The position numbers and the translations under genes were made by a program. A DNA stretch of 32,000 bases from an uncultured Oscillospiraceae bacterium (GTDB taxonomy: Bacteria; Bacillota; Clostridia; Oscillospirales; Ruminococcaceae): assembly GCA_964369885.1 (NCBI GenBank), contig CAYJGQ010000009.1, forward strand, positions 1 to 32,000, given 5' to 3'. Shown here piece after piece: positions 9,524 to 18,307 of this stretch. How positions within the stretch are numbered: the stretch's first letter is position 1; the number at the start of each line of letters is the position of its first letter. The notes below the pieces were generated by a model. That model saw only the letters and a list, made by a program, of their open reading frames with translations. It searched no databases and was not told the DNA's origin.

Positions 9524-10275
9524 AGTTTGCAAGGATAATGCATGAGCAAAAAGAGTTGTGGGCCGAGGTGGCACAGAGCCTAAAAATACTCAAAGCCGCC
9601 CCATATGAGGGGATAGAGTACACCGGAGAGGAGCTGCCTGCCGATGCCGATGTAAAATATCTTGCCCCCTGCACCCCAACAAAGGTGGTGGCGGTGGGCA
9701 AAAACTACCACGACCATGTGCTGGAGTTTAGTAGCGAACCCATGCCCGAAAAACCCGTGCTGTTTTACAAGCCACTGTCGTCGGTTATAGGGCATGGTGA
9801 GGATATACAGCGTCCCGAGATGTCAAACAGGGTTGACCACGAGGGAGAGCTTGCCTTTGTGGTATCTAAGACCGCAAAAAATGTAAAGCGAGAAGATGCC
9901 CACAACTACATATTTGGCTACACCTGCCTAAATGATGTCACGGCCCGCGACATCCAAAAAAGCGAGGGGCAATGGACGCGTGGCAAGTCGTTTGACACAT
10001 TTTGTCCCATAGGCCCCGTGGTGGTAACCGATATTGACTGCACAGCCCTTGACATATGTTGTCGTGTTAATGGCGAGGTAAAACAGCAAAGCAACACAAA
10101 GCATATGATGTGGGATATCCCGTTTTTGCTGGAATTTATAACCGAGTGCATGACGCTAAATCCCGGAGATGTGGTGACCACCGGCACACCGGCAGGCATC
10201 AGCCCCATGGTGAGAGGCGATGTTTGTGAGGTCGAGATAGAGGGTATTGGCATACTAAAAAATAATGTGGTGTAA
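9520..10275 (+). CDS. Fumarylacetoacetate hydrolase (FAH) family protein
   Basis: 251 aa with GKNYxxH, HEGELAFVV, GYTCLNDVTARD and GTPAG motifs of the FAH / 2-keto-4-pentenoate hydratase fold. Its ATG overlaps the ntpD stop (ATGA). Confidence 0.85.
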   Translation: MKFARIMHEQKELWAEVAQSLKILKAAPYEGIEYTGEELPADADVKYLAPCTPTKVVAVGKNYHDHVLEFSSEPMPEKPVLFYKPLSSVIGHGEDIQRPEMSNRVDHEGELAFVVSKTAKNVKREDAHNYIFGYTCLNDVTARDIQKSEGQWTRGKSFDTFCPIGPVVVTDIDCTALDICCRVNGEVKQQSNTKHMMWDIPFLLEFITECMTLNPGDVVTTGTPAGISPMVRGDVCEVEIEGIGILKNNVV

Positions 10276-10297
10276 GAAAAGAGCCGCAAACAAAAAA

Positions 10298-10332
10298 ACG
10301 GACGATGTGAAAACTCACATCGTCCGTTTTTG
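10298..10332. terminator. Bidirectional intrinsic terminator
   Basis: ACGGACGATGTGA-AAAC-TCACATCGTCCGT 13-bp stem, flanked by an A-run (10292-10298) and a T-run (10327-10331). It lies 22 nt after the FAH stop. Confidence 0.85.
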
Positions 10333-10516
10333 GCACTCTGGGTCGCCGTACAGTGGCAAACCCCAAGACTATAAGTTGGGCTGTTAAATACAAAGTAAAG
10401 AAAATTTGGCGTTTATAGCCCCCAAAAGGGAGTGAAAACCTTCATAGGCGGCACTGCCTAACACCACTGATAAAATAATTACTATCGCTATGATGGCTGT
10501 TTTAATTTACAAAGTA

Positions 10517-11848
10517 TTATTTCTTGTTGTCCCCACGCTCGCGAATTATCATGCGCACGGGGGTGCCCTCCAGCCCAAACTGCTCTCTTATCTGGTTTTC
10601 AATGTAACGCTGATACGAAAAGTGGAACAGCTCGGCATTGTTGCAAAAGCATACAAATGTGGGGGGCTTTGTGGTGGCCTGGGTCATGTAGTATATACGC
10701 AGGCGCTTGCCCTTGTCCGAGGGGGGCTGCACCCTTGAGGTGGCGTAGCCAAGCAGGTCGTTTAGTGTGCCGGTAGAGATACGCATGGCATTCATCTGGG
10801 AGACGGCATTAATACGCTCATAAAGCTTGTCTACACGCTGCCCTGTTTTGGCCGATATAAATATAAAGGGAACATAGGACATAAATGAGAAGTCGTGACG
10901 AAGCTTTGCAAGGTGCTCGTTCATGGTTTTGTCGTGCTTGTCCTCAATGGCATCCCACTTGTTTACCGCCACAATACAGGCCTTGCCCTGCTCGTGGGCG
11001 TAGCCTGCCACCTTGGAGTCCTGCTCGGTAAAGCCCACAGTGGCATCTATCATTATAACGCACACGTCACTTCGGTCCACCGCCATGTAGGCGCGCAGTA
11101 CGCTGTAACGCTCAATGGCCTCAACAACGCCCCTCTGACGGCGTATGCCCGCCGTGTCGATGAAGACGTACTTGCCCCACTCGTTTTCAATCACCGTGTC
11201 GGTGCTGTCACGGGTGGTGCCGGCTATGTCGGATACTATCACTCGGTCCTCGCCTGCAATATAGTTTACAAGGGAGGATTTACCAACATTGGGCTTGCCT
11301 ATTATGGCCACCTTGATGTACTCGGGGCTGTATTTTTCCACATTATCAAAGTCTATATGCTCAAAGCAGACATCAAGCAGATCGCCCGTGCCATGTCCAT
11401 GCACCGAGGATACAGGCACAGGGTCGCCAAGGCCAAGGTTGTAAAATTCGTAAAATTCGGGGGGAGGATCGCCCAAGGAGTCACACTTGTTGACACACAG
11501 CACCACCGGCTTTCCGCTTTTTTGCAGCATGGAGGCCACATCGGAATCGGTGGCGGTAACGCCCGAGCGCAGATCGGTCACCAAAATTATCACGTCGGCA
11601 CGGTCTATGGCCAGCTGTGCCTGACGGCGCATTTGGGAAAGGATAATGTCGGTGCTGTGCGGCTCAATACCGCCGGTATCAACCAACATAAACTCCTTGT
11701 TAAGCCACTCGCACTGGGCGTAGATGCGGTCGCGGGTTACACCGGGGGTGTCCTCAACAATGGACAACCTTTGGCCAATTAGCTTGTTAAATAGGGTGGA
11801 TTTTCCCACATTGGGGCGGCCCACCACCGCAATAAGTGGTAAAGACAT
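10517..11848 (-). CDS. der: Ribosome-biogenesis GTPase Der (EngA)
   Basis: 443 aa with two tandem GTPase domains (GRPNVGKST and GKPNVGKSS P-loops) and a KH-like C-terminus. Confidence 0.95.
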   Translation of the reverse strand: MSLPLIAVVGRPNVGKSTLFNKLIGQRLSIVEDTPGVTRDRIYAQCEWLNKEFMLVDTGGIEPHSTDIILSQMRRQAQLAIDRADVIILVTDLRSGVTATDSDVASMLQKSGKPVVLCVNKCDSLGDPPPEFYEFYNLGLGDPVPVSSVHGHGTGDLLDVCFEHIDFDNVEKYSPEYIKVAIIGKPNVGKSSLVNYIAGEDRVIVSDIAGTTRDSTDTVIENEWGKYVFIDTAGIRRQRGVVEAIERYSVLRAYMAVDRSDVCVIMIDATVGFTEQDSKVAGYAHEQGKACIVAVNKWDAIEDKHDKTMNEHLAKLRHDFSFMSYVPFIFISAKTGQRVDKLYERINAVSQMNAMRISTGTLNDLLGYATSRVQPPSDKGKRLRIYYMTQATTKPPTFVCFCNNAELFHFSYQRYIENQIREQFGLEGTPVRMIIRERGDNKK

Positions 11849-11967
11849 AATAACTTGCCTGTCCTTTCTTTGCCCGTATGGGCGAAACGGTGAAAATTAT
11901 CGGCAGAATAAATGGCATAAGCCGTCGGCCGTTTTCACTATTTGTTTTTGGTTAACAATCAGCATAT

Positions 11968-13275
11968 TTAGGTGCCAAGCATGGCATCTAAAAGATATTG
12001 ACCGCCAAATTTTGTTATGATAACAGGGGTGTCCAGCGCCTCTTCAAGCTGTGAAGGGGTCATGTCGTCTAAAAACATATCCCCCTCACGGCGCAGCATA
12101 CAGTCGGGCAAAATAACTGCTTTTCCAAGCTCCTTTGATATAGGGGTGAGTGCCTGCAACAGATCGCCGCCCGACAAAAGCCCCGCCACCGTGATTAGGG
12201 GGCCAAATAGGCGGTTTTCCACCTCCACAACCTCGACACAAAGCCCCGAAAACTGCTCACAGGCCATCCTGCCAAGCCTTTGCATAAAGGGGGCGGCGGC
12301 CCTGCCTGTGGCTATGGTTACCTTGCGGTGCACAGCACGGGCGGGGGTGTCCTCAAGGGCAAACTCAAACTCCTCAAGCAGTGCGGCGGTAAGCCCCACA
12401 CCGTCTTCAATTTGGCCAAAGCCGTCGTAATACTCGGGTGGGGGGATCTCTCGGCCCGAAAGCAGAAAAAATTCGTCGGCCGGGTGGACTATTCTCTCGC
12501 CACGCTCCAAAAACAGGCGGTCGCCGTACTGCTCGATGATATCTATGACCTCTGTGGCCTCGGCAGGGGTGAAGGGGCGCATGTTGGGCAGACCCTCGCG
12601 GTGGGCGGTAAGCCCTATGGGCACCACCGCAACCCCCTGTAGGCTGTCGCCAAGTCCGCACAAATCATCAAGCGTGCGGCGCAGGTGGTCTTTGTCGTTC
12701 CAGTCGGGGCAAAGTACAATTTGGGTTTGTAGGCCAATTCCGGCCTCTGAAAGCCGTCGCAGGTAGTCAAGAGAGCTTGCGGCGGCTGGATTTTTCATCA
12801 TTTTTACCCGAAGCTCGGGGTCGGTGGTGTGCACAGATATGTGTATGGGGGAGATGCGCATTTCAATGATGCGATCTATTTCCTCCTCCCCCATGTTTGT
12901 CATGGTGACAAAATTTCCAAACAAAAAGGAAAGACGCTCATCGTCATCCTTAAAGTAAAGCGAGGGGCGAAGCCCCTTGGGGAGTTGGTCGATAAAGCAA
13001 AATACACAGGCGTTTTTGCAGGGTTGTTGTTTGTCCATCAAGAAGGTTTCAAACAGCAGCCCCACATCGTCATACTGACCTTTTTTTATTACCACATCAC
13101 GTTTTTTGCCATCTTTTTGGCACAGGGTAAGGGTTATACTGCGCTCGGTGGTAAAAAAGCGGTAGTCCAAAAGGTCACGCACAGGGCGCCCACCCACGGC
13201 GCAGAGATACTCCCCCGACAGCAGGCCTGCTTTGTCGGCGGGGGAATTTGGTAGGATGCCTGTTATCTCTATCAT
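11968..13275 (-). CDS. DUF512 family protein (PDZ plus radical-SAM-like domain)
   Basis: The N-terminus GILPNSPADKAGL is PDZ-like, followed by a CKNACVFCF cysteine cluster. I moved the start to ATG 13275 (MIEITG), which has an AAAGGAG RBS 6 nt upstream. The ORF track extends to 13347. Confidence 0.75.
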   Translation of the reverse strand: MIEITGILPNSPADKAGLLSGEYLCAVGGRPVRDLLDYRFFTTERSITLTLCQKDGKKRDVVIKKGQYDDVGLLFETFLMDKQQPCKNACVFCFIDQLPKGLRPSLYFKDDDERLSFLFGNFVTMTNMGEEEIDRIIEMRISPIHISVHTTDPELRVKMMKNPAAASSLDYLRRLSEAGIGLQTQIVLCPDWNDKDHLRRTLDDLCGLGDSLQGVAVVPIGLTAHREGLPNMRPFTPAEATEVIDIIEQYGDRLFLERGERIVHPADEFFLLSGREIPPPEYYDGFGQIEDGVGLTAALLEEFEFALEDTPARAVHRKVTIATGRAAAPFMQRLGRMACEQFSGLCVEVVEVENRLFGPLITVAGLLSGGDLLQALTPISKELGKAVILPDCMLRREGDMFLDDMTPSQLEEALDTPVIITKFGGQYLLDAMLGT

Positions 13276-13383
13276 GGGGGGCTCCTTTCGGGGGTGGAAA
13301 TGCAAAAAAGCAGAGGGGGAAACATGTTCCGCCTCTGCCTCTGCCACATGTTTGGGGCTGTGATGATATCAAGGGGGTGGCGA

Positions 13384-13566
13384 TTAGGCCTCCATCTTGA
13401 TGACTTCACGTCCCTTGTAGAAACCGCAGTGCAGACACACTCTGTGAGGTGTCTTAAGCTCGCCACACTGTGTGCACTTAGAAAAGGCGGGTGGTTTTAG
13501 CTTCCAAACGTTGGAACGCCTCTTATTTTTACGGGCATTTGAATGCTTTCTCTTTGGAACTGCCAT
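13384..13566 (-). CDS. rpmF: 50S ribosomal protein L32
   Basis: MAVPKRKHSNARKNKRR N-terminus and a CxxC...CxxC zinc ribbon. GGGGAGG RBS. Confidence 0.95.
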   Translation of the reverse strand: MAVPKRKHSNARKNKRRSNVWKLKPPAFSKCTQCGELKTPHRVCLHCGFYKGREVIKMEA

Positions 13567-13596
13567 GGAAGAATGCCTCCCCTTTCATAATTAAGA

Positions 13597-14091
13597 TTAA
13601 TCTTCTAATAGTTGTTTAAGAGCCATCAAACGGGGGTCAATCTCCTCATTTGAACAGCTGCAATCACCTTGGTTTAGATCGGCTCCGCATTTGGTGCAGA
13701 GTCCCTTGCAGTCCTCACGGCAAAAAACGACCATGGGTGACTCAAGCACCACATCGTTGAGCACAAGCTCATCAAGGTCTAAAAAGCCGTCAGGGCATAT
13801 AACATATTCACCGGTGTCTTCCCCATTTAGCTCACGCACAAGTGTGTGGGTGGGCGTCAGCGAAAAGCTACGCTCGAAAGAAGTCAGGCAACGGTCACAG
13901 CTGAGCTCAAGGGAAAAATCCACCGACAGGTCGAGTGTTACCACACCGGCACGATTTTTTGCCAAAGCCCTAACCGGTACCGGCTGGACAAAGGGGCAAA
14001 TACCCCCAAATAGTTTTACCTTCGAAAGATCCACAACGTCCTCTACCACTAAGGACTCACCCTCGATATCAAAAACTCTTCCCAACTCCAT
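13597..14091 (-). CDS. yceD: YceD/DUF177 family protein (large-subunit rRNA accumulation protein)
   Basis: Conserved position upstream of rpmF, with an acidic protein and a C-terminal CxxxCxGLCxxCGxxLN..C.C motif. The start was taken as ATG 14091. TTG 14097 is also possible because AAGGAGG lies just upstream. Confidence 0.75.
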   Translation of the reverse strand: MELGRVFDIEGESLVVEDVVDLSKVKLFGGICPFVQPVPVRALAKNRAGVVTLDLSVDFSLELSCDRCLTSFERSFSLTPTHTLVRELNGEDTGEYVICPDGFLDLDELVLNDVVLESPMVVFCREDCKGLCTKCGADLNQGDCSCSNEEIDPRLMALKQLLED

Positions 14092-14290
14092 CTTCAAGGC
14101 AGTAACCTCCTTTTTCGGGGCCACCGCAAGGTGGTTTTTTTGGGTGAAGCCATGCCACAAACGGGCAGGGACATCACAGTGGCTGTTTTGGGCAGAATAT
14201 GTCCTCCACAACCGTCACAGAGATATTATAAGGACAAAGAGATGGTTTGTCAATACAAAACCGTGAAATAATAGCGTTATTTGCGCTGTT

Positions 14291-16312
14291 TTAGGTTGTT
14301 TGCTCAAACTGACTGGGGTGACGGCCGAAAAAGTCGACTTTTGGCTCCAAAAATTTGAGCTCGTGGTCGCATCCGCCGGTAAAATCCGACAATGTGTCAA
14401 ATATGCGCTCCCAGCTAAAGAAGTCGTCGCCCATATTTAGGTAGTCGCGGAGCATTTCGGTGCCGGCAGGTGCCATGGGGTGTAGCAGTACCGCCGCCGT
14501 GCGCAGTCCGTGGAAAACGTCAATTAGGGCTGTGCGGCGGGCGGCGTTGTCATCGGCCTTGTCGGCCGCGCCCAGTTCTCTTGCCATAAACTTGCTTAAT
14601 TTGCGTATATAGTTGTCCAGCACCGAGGAGGCCTGATGAAATTCAAAGCGGTACATAAAGCGCTCGTAATCCAGCACAGCTTTTTTGGATAGCTCGAGCA
14701 TCTCGTCCGAGATACTACCCACAGGCATTTTGCCCTCAAAGTATTTTTGCACCGAGTAAAAGCAGGTGCGGGCCACACGGTTATATACATTCGAGAGAAG
14801 TAGCCCCTCCTTTAGCACGGGGTCGGCATCGGTGGGGTTGGCATCGGGGTTGAGCGGTTTTGGCTGGAAGCTAACACTCTTTTGGCCAAGGCCAAGGCTT
14901 AGGTAGTGCATACGCAGTTGCTCGGGGGTGTAGTAATCCAGAAGCTCGGCCGCCATTGGGGGGCGCACTGTGCCGCTGGAGCTGGCCTTTTTGTTGAGGA
15001 AAAGTATATGGTGGTTTGCCACCAACACCGATTGTTGCAGGCTGCCCTCCTCGGGCTCAATAGCCACCTGGTCAATGTTGGGGCACTGCTGTCCCATAAA
15101 CATGCCCGTTTGGGCAATGCCGTAGAAGTAAATGTTGTCCTGGCCAATGAACTGGTAGACCTGTGCGTCCTTGGAGCACCAGTAATCGCGCCACTTTGCG
15201 CTGTCCATGCCCTGCGACTCAAGGTAGGCCTGGGTAAAGGAGATGGGAGCCCAAAGCGACTCGGGCCAGACCCACACGGTCAGGGCTTCCTCGTCCTCAA
15301 GTTTGGGAGCCGACACGCCCCACTCAATATTGCCTGTTAGGCGGAAAGGCACGAGGGTTTTGCCGGTACGGTAGCGAATGCCTGCGGCCGAAAACTGCTT
15401 GCAGGCGGCGTTCATCTCCTCAAGCGTTTGGAAGACAACCGTAAATGAGGGCTTGCGCTCCTCCGCCACAAGGCGATGGGAGGGAATGTTGGGCACAAGG
15501 CCGTCAAAGGTTTCGCGGTAGTCGTTCTTTATATACACCTCGGGTGCTTTTAGGAACTCGCCTATGGTGTTGGGTATGATTGGGCGCACATTGGGGCAGG
15601 TTTTGATGTGTGCGGTGTAGTCGGTAAGAAGTTGGTTAAAGTCGGTAAGCTTAAAGTACCAGTTTACAACCTCCTTCATTACAGGGGTTTCGCCGGTTAG
15701 GGTGCTTTTGGGGTTTATCAGGTTTTCGGGCATGTACTGGTGGCCAAGGTCACATTCATCGGCGTAACCCTTCTCGGAGGTACAGCCATCCACGGGGCAC
15801 TTGCCCACCACCTGACGGCCGTTTAACAGCACTCCTGCCTTTTCATCATAAAACTGATTGGTGGCAAGACGGGCAAGGTGACCCTTTTCATACAAACCGC
15901 GTATAAACTCCTCGGTGTAGGCGCTGTGAATCTCTCCTGCGCGGCCCAGCGCCGAGGCGGCGTAAAGGTCGAGGCTTATCATATAGTCATTCAGGGTCTT
16001 TTTTTGATCATTGTGGTGTTTCTCCACAAAGTCACGAATACTGCCCTCAAAGCCGCCCTCGGCGCATAGCTTGCGGTAGCCCTCGGCAATGGGGGAGCCG
16101 TAGCAGTCGGTGCCCGAGACAAATATTACATTTTCGGCGCCTATGCGGTCACGCAAAAAGCGTGCGTAGGCATCGGCAAATACAAACACGCCGCCAATAT
16201 GGCCAAAATGCAGGCTTTTGTTGCCGTAGGGCATACCACCTGTTATAACCGCCCGCTTTGGAAATGTGGGGCGCTGGGTATCCTTCTTAAAGGGAATGTT
16301 TTGCTTACTCAC
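14291..16312 (-). CDS. metG: Methionine--tRNA ligase-like class I aminoacyl-tRNA synthetase (divergent motifs)
   Basis: 673 aa with a GTG start and an AGGAGG RBS. HIGH-type motif is HFGH (aa 35-38). It carries a MetRS-style knuckle (CPVDGC...ECDLGH..P..LINPKS..TG..P) and a helical anticodon-binding tail. The KMSKS position reads KASSS (aa 442-446). Confidence 0.7.
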   Translation of the reverse strand: MSKQNIPFKKDTQRPTFPKRAVITGGMPYGNKSLHFGHIGGVFVFADAYARFLRDRIGAENVIFVSGTDCYGSPIAEGYRKLCAEGGFEGSIRDFVEKHHNDQKKTLNDYMISLDLYAASALGRAGEIHSAYTEEFIRGLYEKGHLARLATNQFYDEKAGVLLNGRQVVGKCPVDGCTSEKGYADECDLGHQYMPENLINPKSTLTGETPVMKEVVNWYFKLTDFNQLLTDYTAHIKTCPNVRPIIPNTIGEFLKAPEVYIKNDYRETFDGLVPNIPSHRLVAEERKPSFTVVFQTLEEMNAACKQFSAAGIRYRTGKTLVPFRLTGNIEWGVSAPKLEDEEALTVWVWPESLWAPISFTQAYLESQGMDSAKWRDYWCSKDAQVYQFIGQDNIYFYGIAQTGMFMGQQCPNIDQVAIEPEEGSLQQSVLVANHHILFLNKKASSSGTVRPPMAAELLDYYTPEQLRMHYLSLGLGQKSVSFQPKPLNPDANPTDADPVLKEGLLLSNVYNRVARTCFYSVQKYFEGKMPVGSISDEMLELSKKAVLDYERFMYRFEFHQASSVLDNYIRKLSKFMARELGAADKADDNAARRTALIDVFHGLRTAAVLLHPMAPAGTEMLRDYLNMGDDFFSWERIFDTLSDFTGGCDHELKFLEPKVDFFGRHPSQFEQTT

Positions 16313-16392
16313 GCTTGTGGCCTCCTAAATGCTTGGTTTTGTTGATTTTACCTGTGTAAAGATTTTTTGAGTAGGGGGTGATTTGTGCCGGT

Positions 16393-16447
16393 CGGGCTGA
16401 TGCCCGGGGAGTGGGGTTCTCTGCGGGCTGATGCCCGTGCGGTGCAA
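16393..16447 (-). repeat. Two exact copies of a 14-nt hairpin motif in the gltX-metG spacer
   Basis: CGGGCTGATGCCCG occurs at 16393-16406 and 16434-16447 (41-nt period). Each copy can fold as GGGC-loop-GCCC. Confidence 0.6.
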
Positions 16448-16496
16448 ATTGCCGCATACACAGAAATATTTACACACGGCAGAGCCTAAAAATATA

Positions 16497-18167
16497 TTAT
16501 TTAGATGCCTTGGCACTTTCAAGGCAGGCGTTTAGACGGGATTTTGTTACCTCTATACCAAGTATGCCCAAAATTGTGTGTAGATCAGGGCTGTTTTTGC
16601 CCCCGGTTATGGCCACACGCACTATTGCACAGGCATCGGCAATCGAGCCTTTGTAGCCCTCGGGGTTTTTCTTGTATTCCTTCATGTTTATGCAGTAGCC
16701 CAACTTCTCGGCCACCTCGCCCACCTGCCCAAACCAACCCGAAGAATCAAGTGTAGGGTCATACACAGGGATGTAGGCCGAGAGGAATTCCTGCGCCATA
16801 TTGGCTGTCAGTTTTTCGTCCCAGGCATATTGCTCGGGCAAAAAGTCCTTGTTGTAAAGATAGGCATACTGCTCAAGCAGGTCGTTCCACTTGCCTATGT
16901 CCTTGCGCACCTTTTTACCCGAGTATTTCCAAAGACCTATGGTGGCAAAGAAGTCCTCGGGGTTTTGTGCAATGAAGGAAGACAGTGAGGGGCAATAGCG
17001 CTCGGCCCAGGTTTTTATAAGCTCAAGGCAGTCCTCACTGCTTAGGGTTGCCACACAGTTTTTGCTTACATCGTTTAGCTTGTCCATGTCAAACAATGCA
17101 CCCGATGACGGCATTTTTTCAAGCAGTAGTTTGTAGTCGGCGGTGTCCGACTCGGGGTTTGCAATGCGCCACTCCTCATAGCTTGAGTTGGCTATGGTCA
17201 TTAGGTATTCCAGCACCGAGGCGGCAGGGTAGCCCTCACCGTGATAATAGCCCACAGCGGCCTCGGGGTCCTTGCGCTTACTTAGCTTGCGCTTGGAGCT
17301 TCCGTCAAGCTTCATTATGGGGGCTATATGCACAAACTGTGGCAGGGGGAAACCTGCGGCGGCAAAAAGCTCGTGGTGTATGGGGTAGGAGGAAAGCCAC
17401 TCGTCGCCGCGGATTACATGTGTGGTACCCATCAGGGTGTCGTCCACCACATGTGCAAAATGGTAGGTGGGTATGCCGTCGGACTTTAGCAGTACCACGT
17501 CCATTATGTTTTCGGGGAAGGTTATATCTCCCCGCACAAGGTCTTTGCAGACTATGCGGTTATCCTCATGGCCGCCCGAGCGCAGGCGGACTACAAATTC
17601 CTCGCCGGCTGCAATGCGTCGCTCCACCTCGTCAAGGGGAAGCTCACGACAACGGGTATATTTGCCGTAGTAGCCGATGTTTGGCTCGGCGGCCGCTTCC
17701 TGCTGGGCACGCAGAGCCTCAAGGTGCTGGGCGGTGCAAAAACATGGGTAGGCAAGTCCACGAGCCATCATATCCTTGGCCACGGTGCGGTAAAGCTCAC
17801 GGCGTAGGCTCTGCTTGTAGGGGCCGTACTGACCCTGTTCGCCCTGCTCGCTCAAAGGACCCTCGTCAAAGTGTATGTCAAAGTCGGACAGCGCCGAGAT
17901 AATCTCCCCAACGCCACCCTCAACCTCACGTTTTTTGTCGGTGTCTTCTATGCGCAAAAAGAATACGCCGCCGCTTTGGGTGGAAAGCCTGCGGGAGATT
18001 AGGGCCGCATATAGTCCGCCAATATGCATAAACCCGGTGGGGCTTGGGGCAAAGCGGGTTACATATGCTCCCTGAGGTAGCGAGCGTTTGGGGTAGGCGG
18101 CGTGAAGGTCGTCCGGGGTTTTGCTAAGGTCGGGAAAAACAATGTTGGCAAGTGCTTTGTAGTCCAT
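16497..18167 (-). CDS. gltX: Glutamate--tRNA ligase (long form)
   Basis: 556 aa with the FAPSPTGFMHIGG (HIGH) and KLSKRK (KMSKS) motifs of GluRS. Confidence 0.9.
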   Translation of the reverse strand: MDYKALANIVFPDLSKTPDDLHAAYPKRSLPQGAYVTRFAPSPTGFMHIGGLYAALISRRLSTQSGGVFFLRIEDTDKKREVEGGVGEIISALSDFDIHFDEGPLSEQGEQGQYGPYKQSLRRELYRTVAKDMMARGLAYPCFCTAQHLEALRAQQEAAAEPNIGYYGKYTRCRELPLDEVERRIAAGEEFVVRLRSGGHEDNRIVCKDLVRGDITFPENIMDVVLLKSDGIPTYHFAHVVDDTLMGTTHVIRGDEWLSSYPIHHELFAAAGFPLPQFVHIAPIMKLDGSSKRKLSKRKDPEAAVGYYHGEGYPAASVLEYLMTIANSSYEEWRIANPESDTADYKLLLEKMPSSGALFDMDKLNDVSKNCVATLSSEDCLELIKTWAERYCPSLSSFIAQNPEDFFATIGLWKYSGKKVRKDIGKWNDLLEQYAYLYNKDFLPEQYAWDEKLTANMAQEFLSAYIPVYDPTLDSSGWFGQVGEVAEKLGYCINMKEYKKNPEGYKGSIADACAIVRVAITGGKNSPDLHTILGILGIEVTKSRLNACLESAKASK

Positions 18168-18228
18168 GTATGTGTTACTTCCTTTTCTGAATATTTTGGT
18201 CCGCCAATTGCGGTTTTAAGCTGTGAAT

Positions 18229-18258
18229 ATTGTAGCATAACACCGGGTCAATTGTAAA
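18229..18258 (-). promoter_or_regulatory. Candidate sigma-A promoter for gltX
   Basis: On the minus strand: TTTACA (18253-18258), 18-nt spacer, extended -10 TGCTACAAT (18229-18237), about 60 nt upstream of the gltX ATG. Confidence 0.45.
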
Positions 18259-18307
18259 TGAAAGAAAGGGGAAGTTTGTAAATAATGCGTAGGGAGGTAT
18301 ATAAATA

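Noticed and set aside
10333-10516. ~185 nt of unassigned sequence between the bidirectional terminator and the der stop codon
   Set aside because: It contains only weak 5-bp hairpins (CCCAA/TTGGG, TAGGC/GCCTA). There is no promoter-terminator pair and no conserved motif I recognise, so it is most simply a long der 3' UTR.
10895-11782. 295-aa ORF on the plus strand
   Set aside because: It lies entirely antisense to der, whose protein has unmistakable GTPase motifs. The ORF's product is a low-complexity Gly/Val/His/Ala-rich artefact with no RBS.
12017-13254. Several plus-strand ORFs (12017-12430, 12280-12642, 12536-12766, 12829-13254)
   Set aside because: All lie antisense to the DUF512 gene, which is supported by its PDZ and Cys-cluster motifs and by conserved synteny with der.
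16313-16496. Possible T-box leader upstream of the MetRS-like gene (and likewise 18168-18581 upstream of gltX)
   Set aside because: Neither region has a GGTGGTACC-type T-box sequence or an antiterminator/terminator pair on the minus strand. The only GGTGG-like match (18533-18540 reverse complement) has no flanking consensus.
17048-17902. 284-aa ORF on the plus strand
   Set aside because: It is antisense to gltX. The Arg/Pro/Cys-rich translation is typical of a shadow ORF opposite a real gene.
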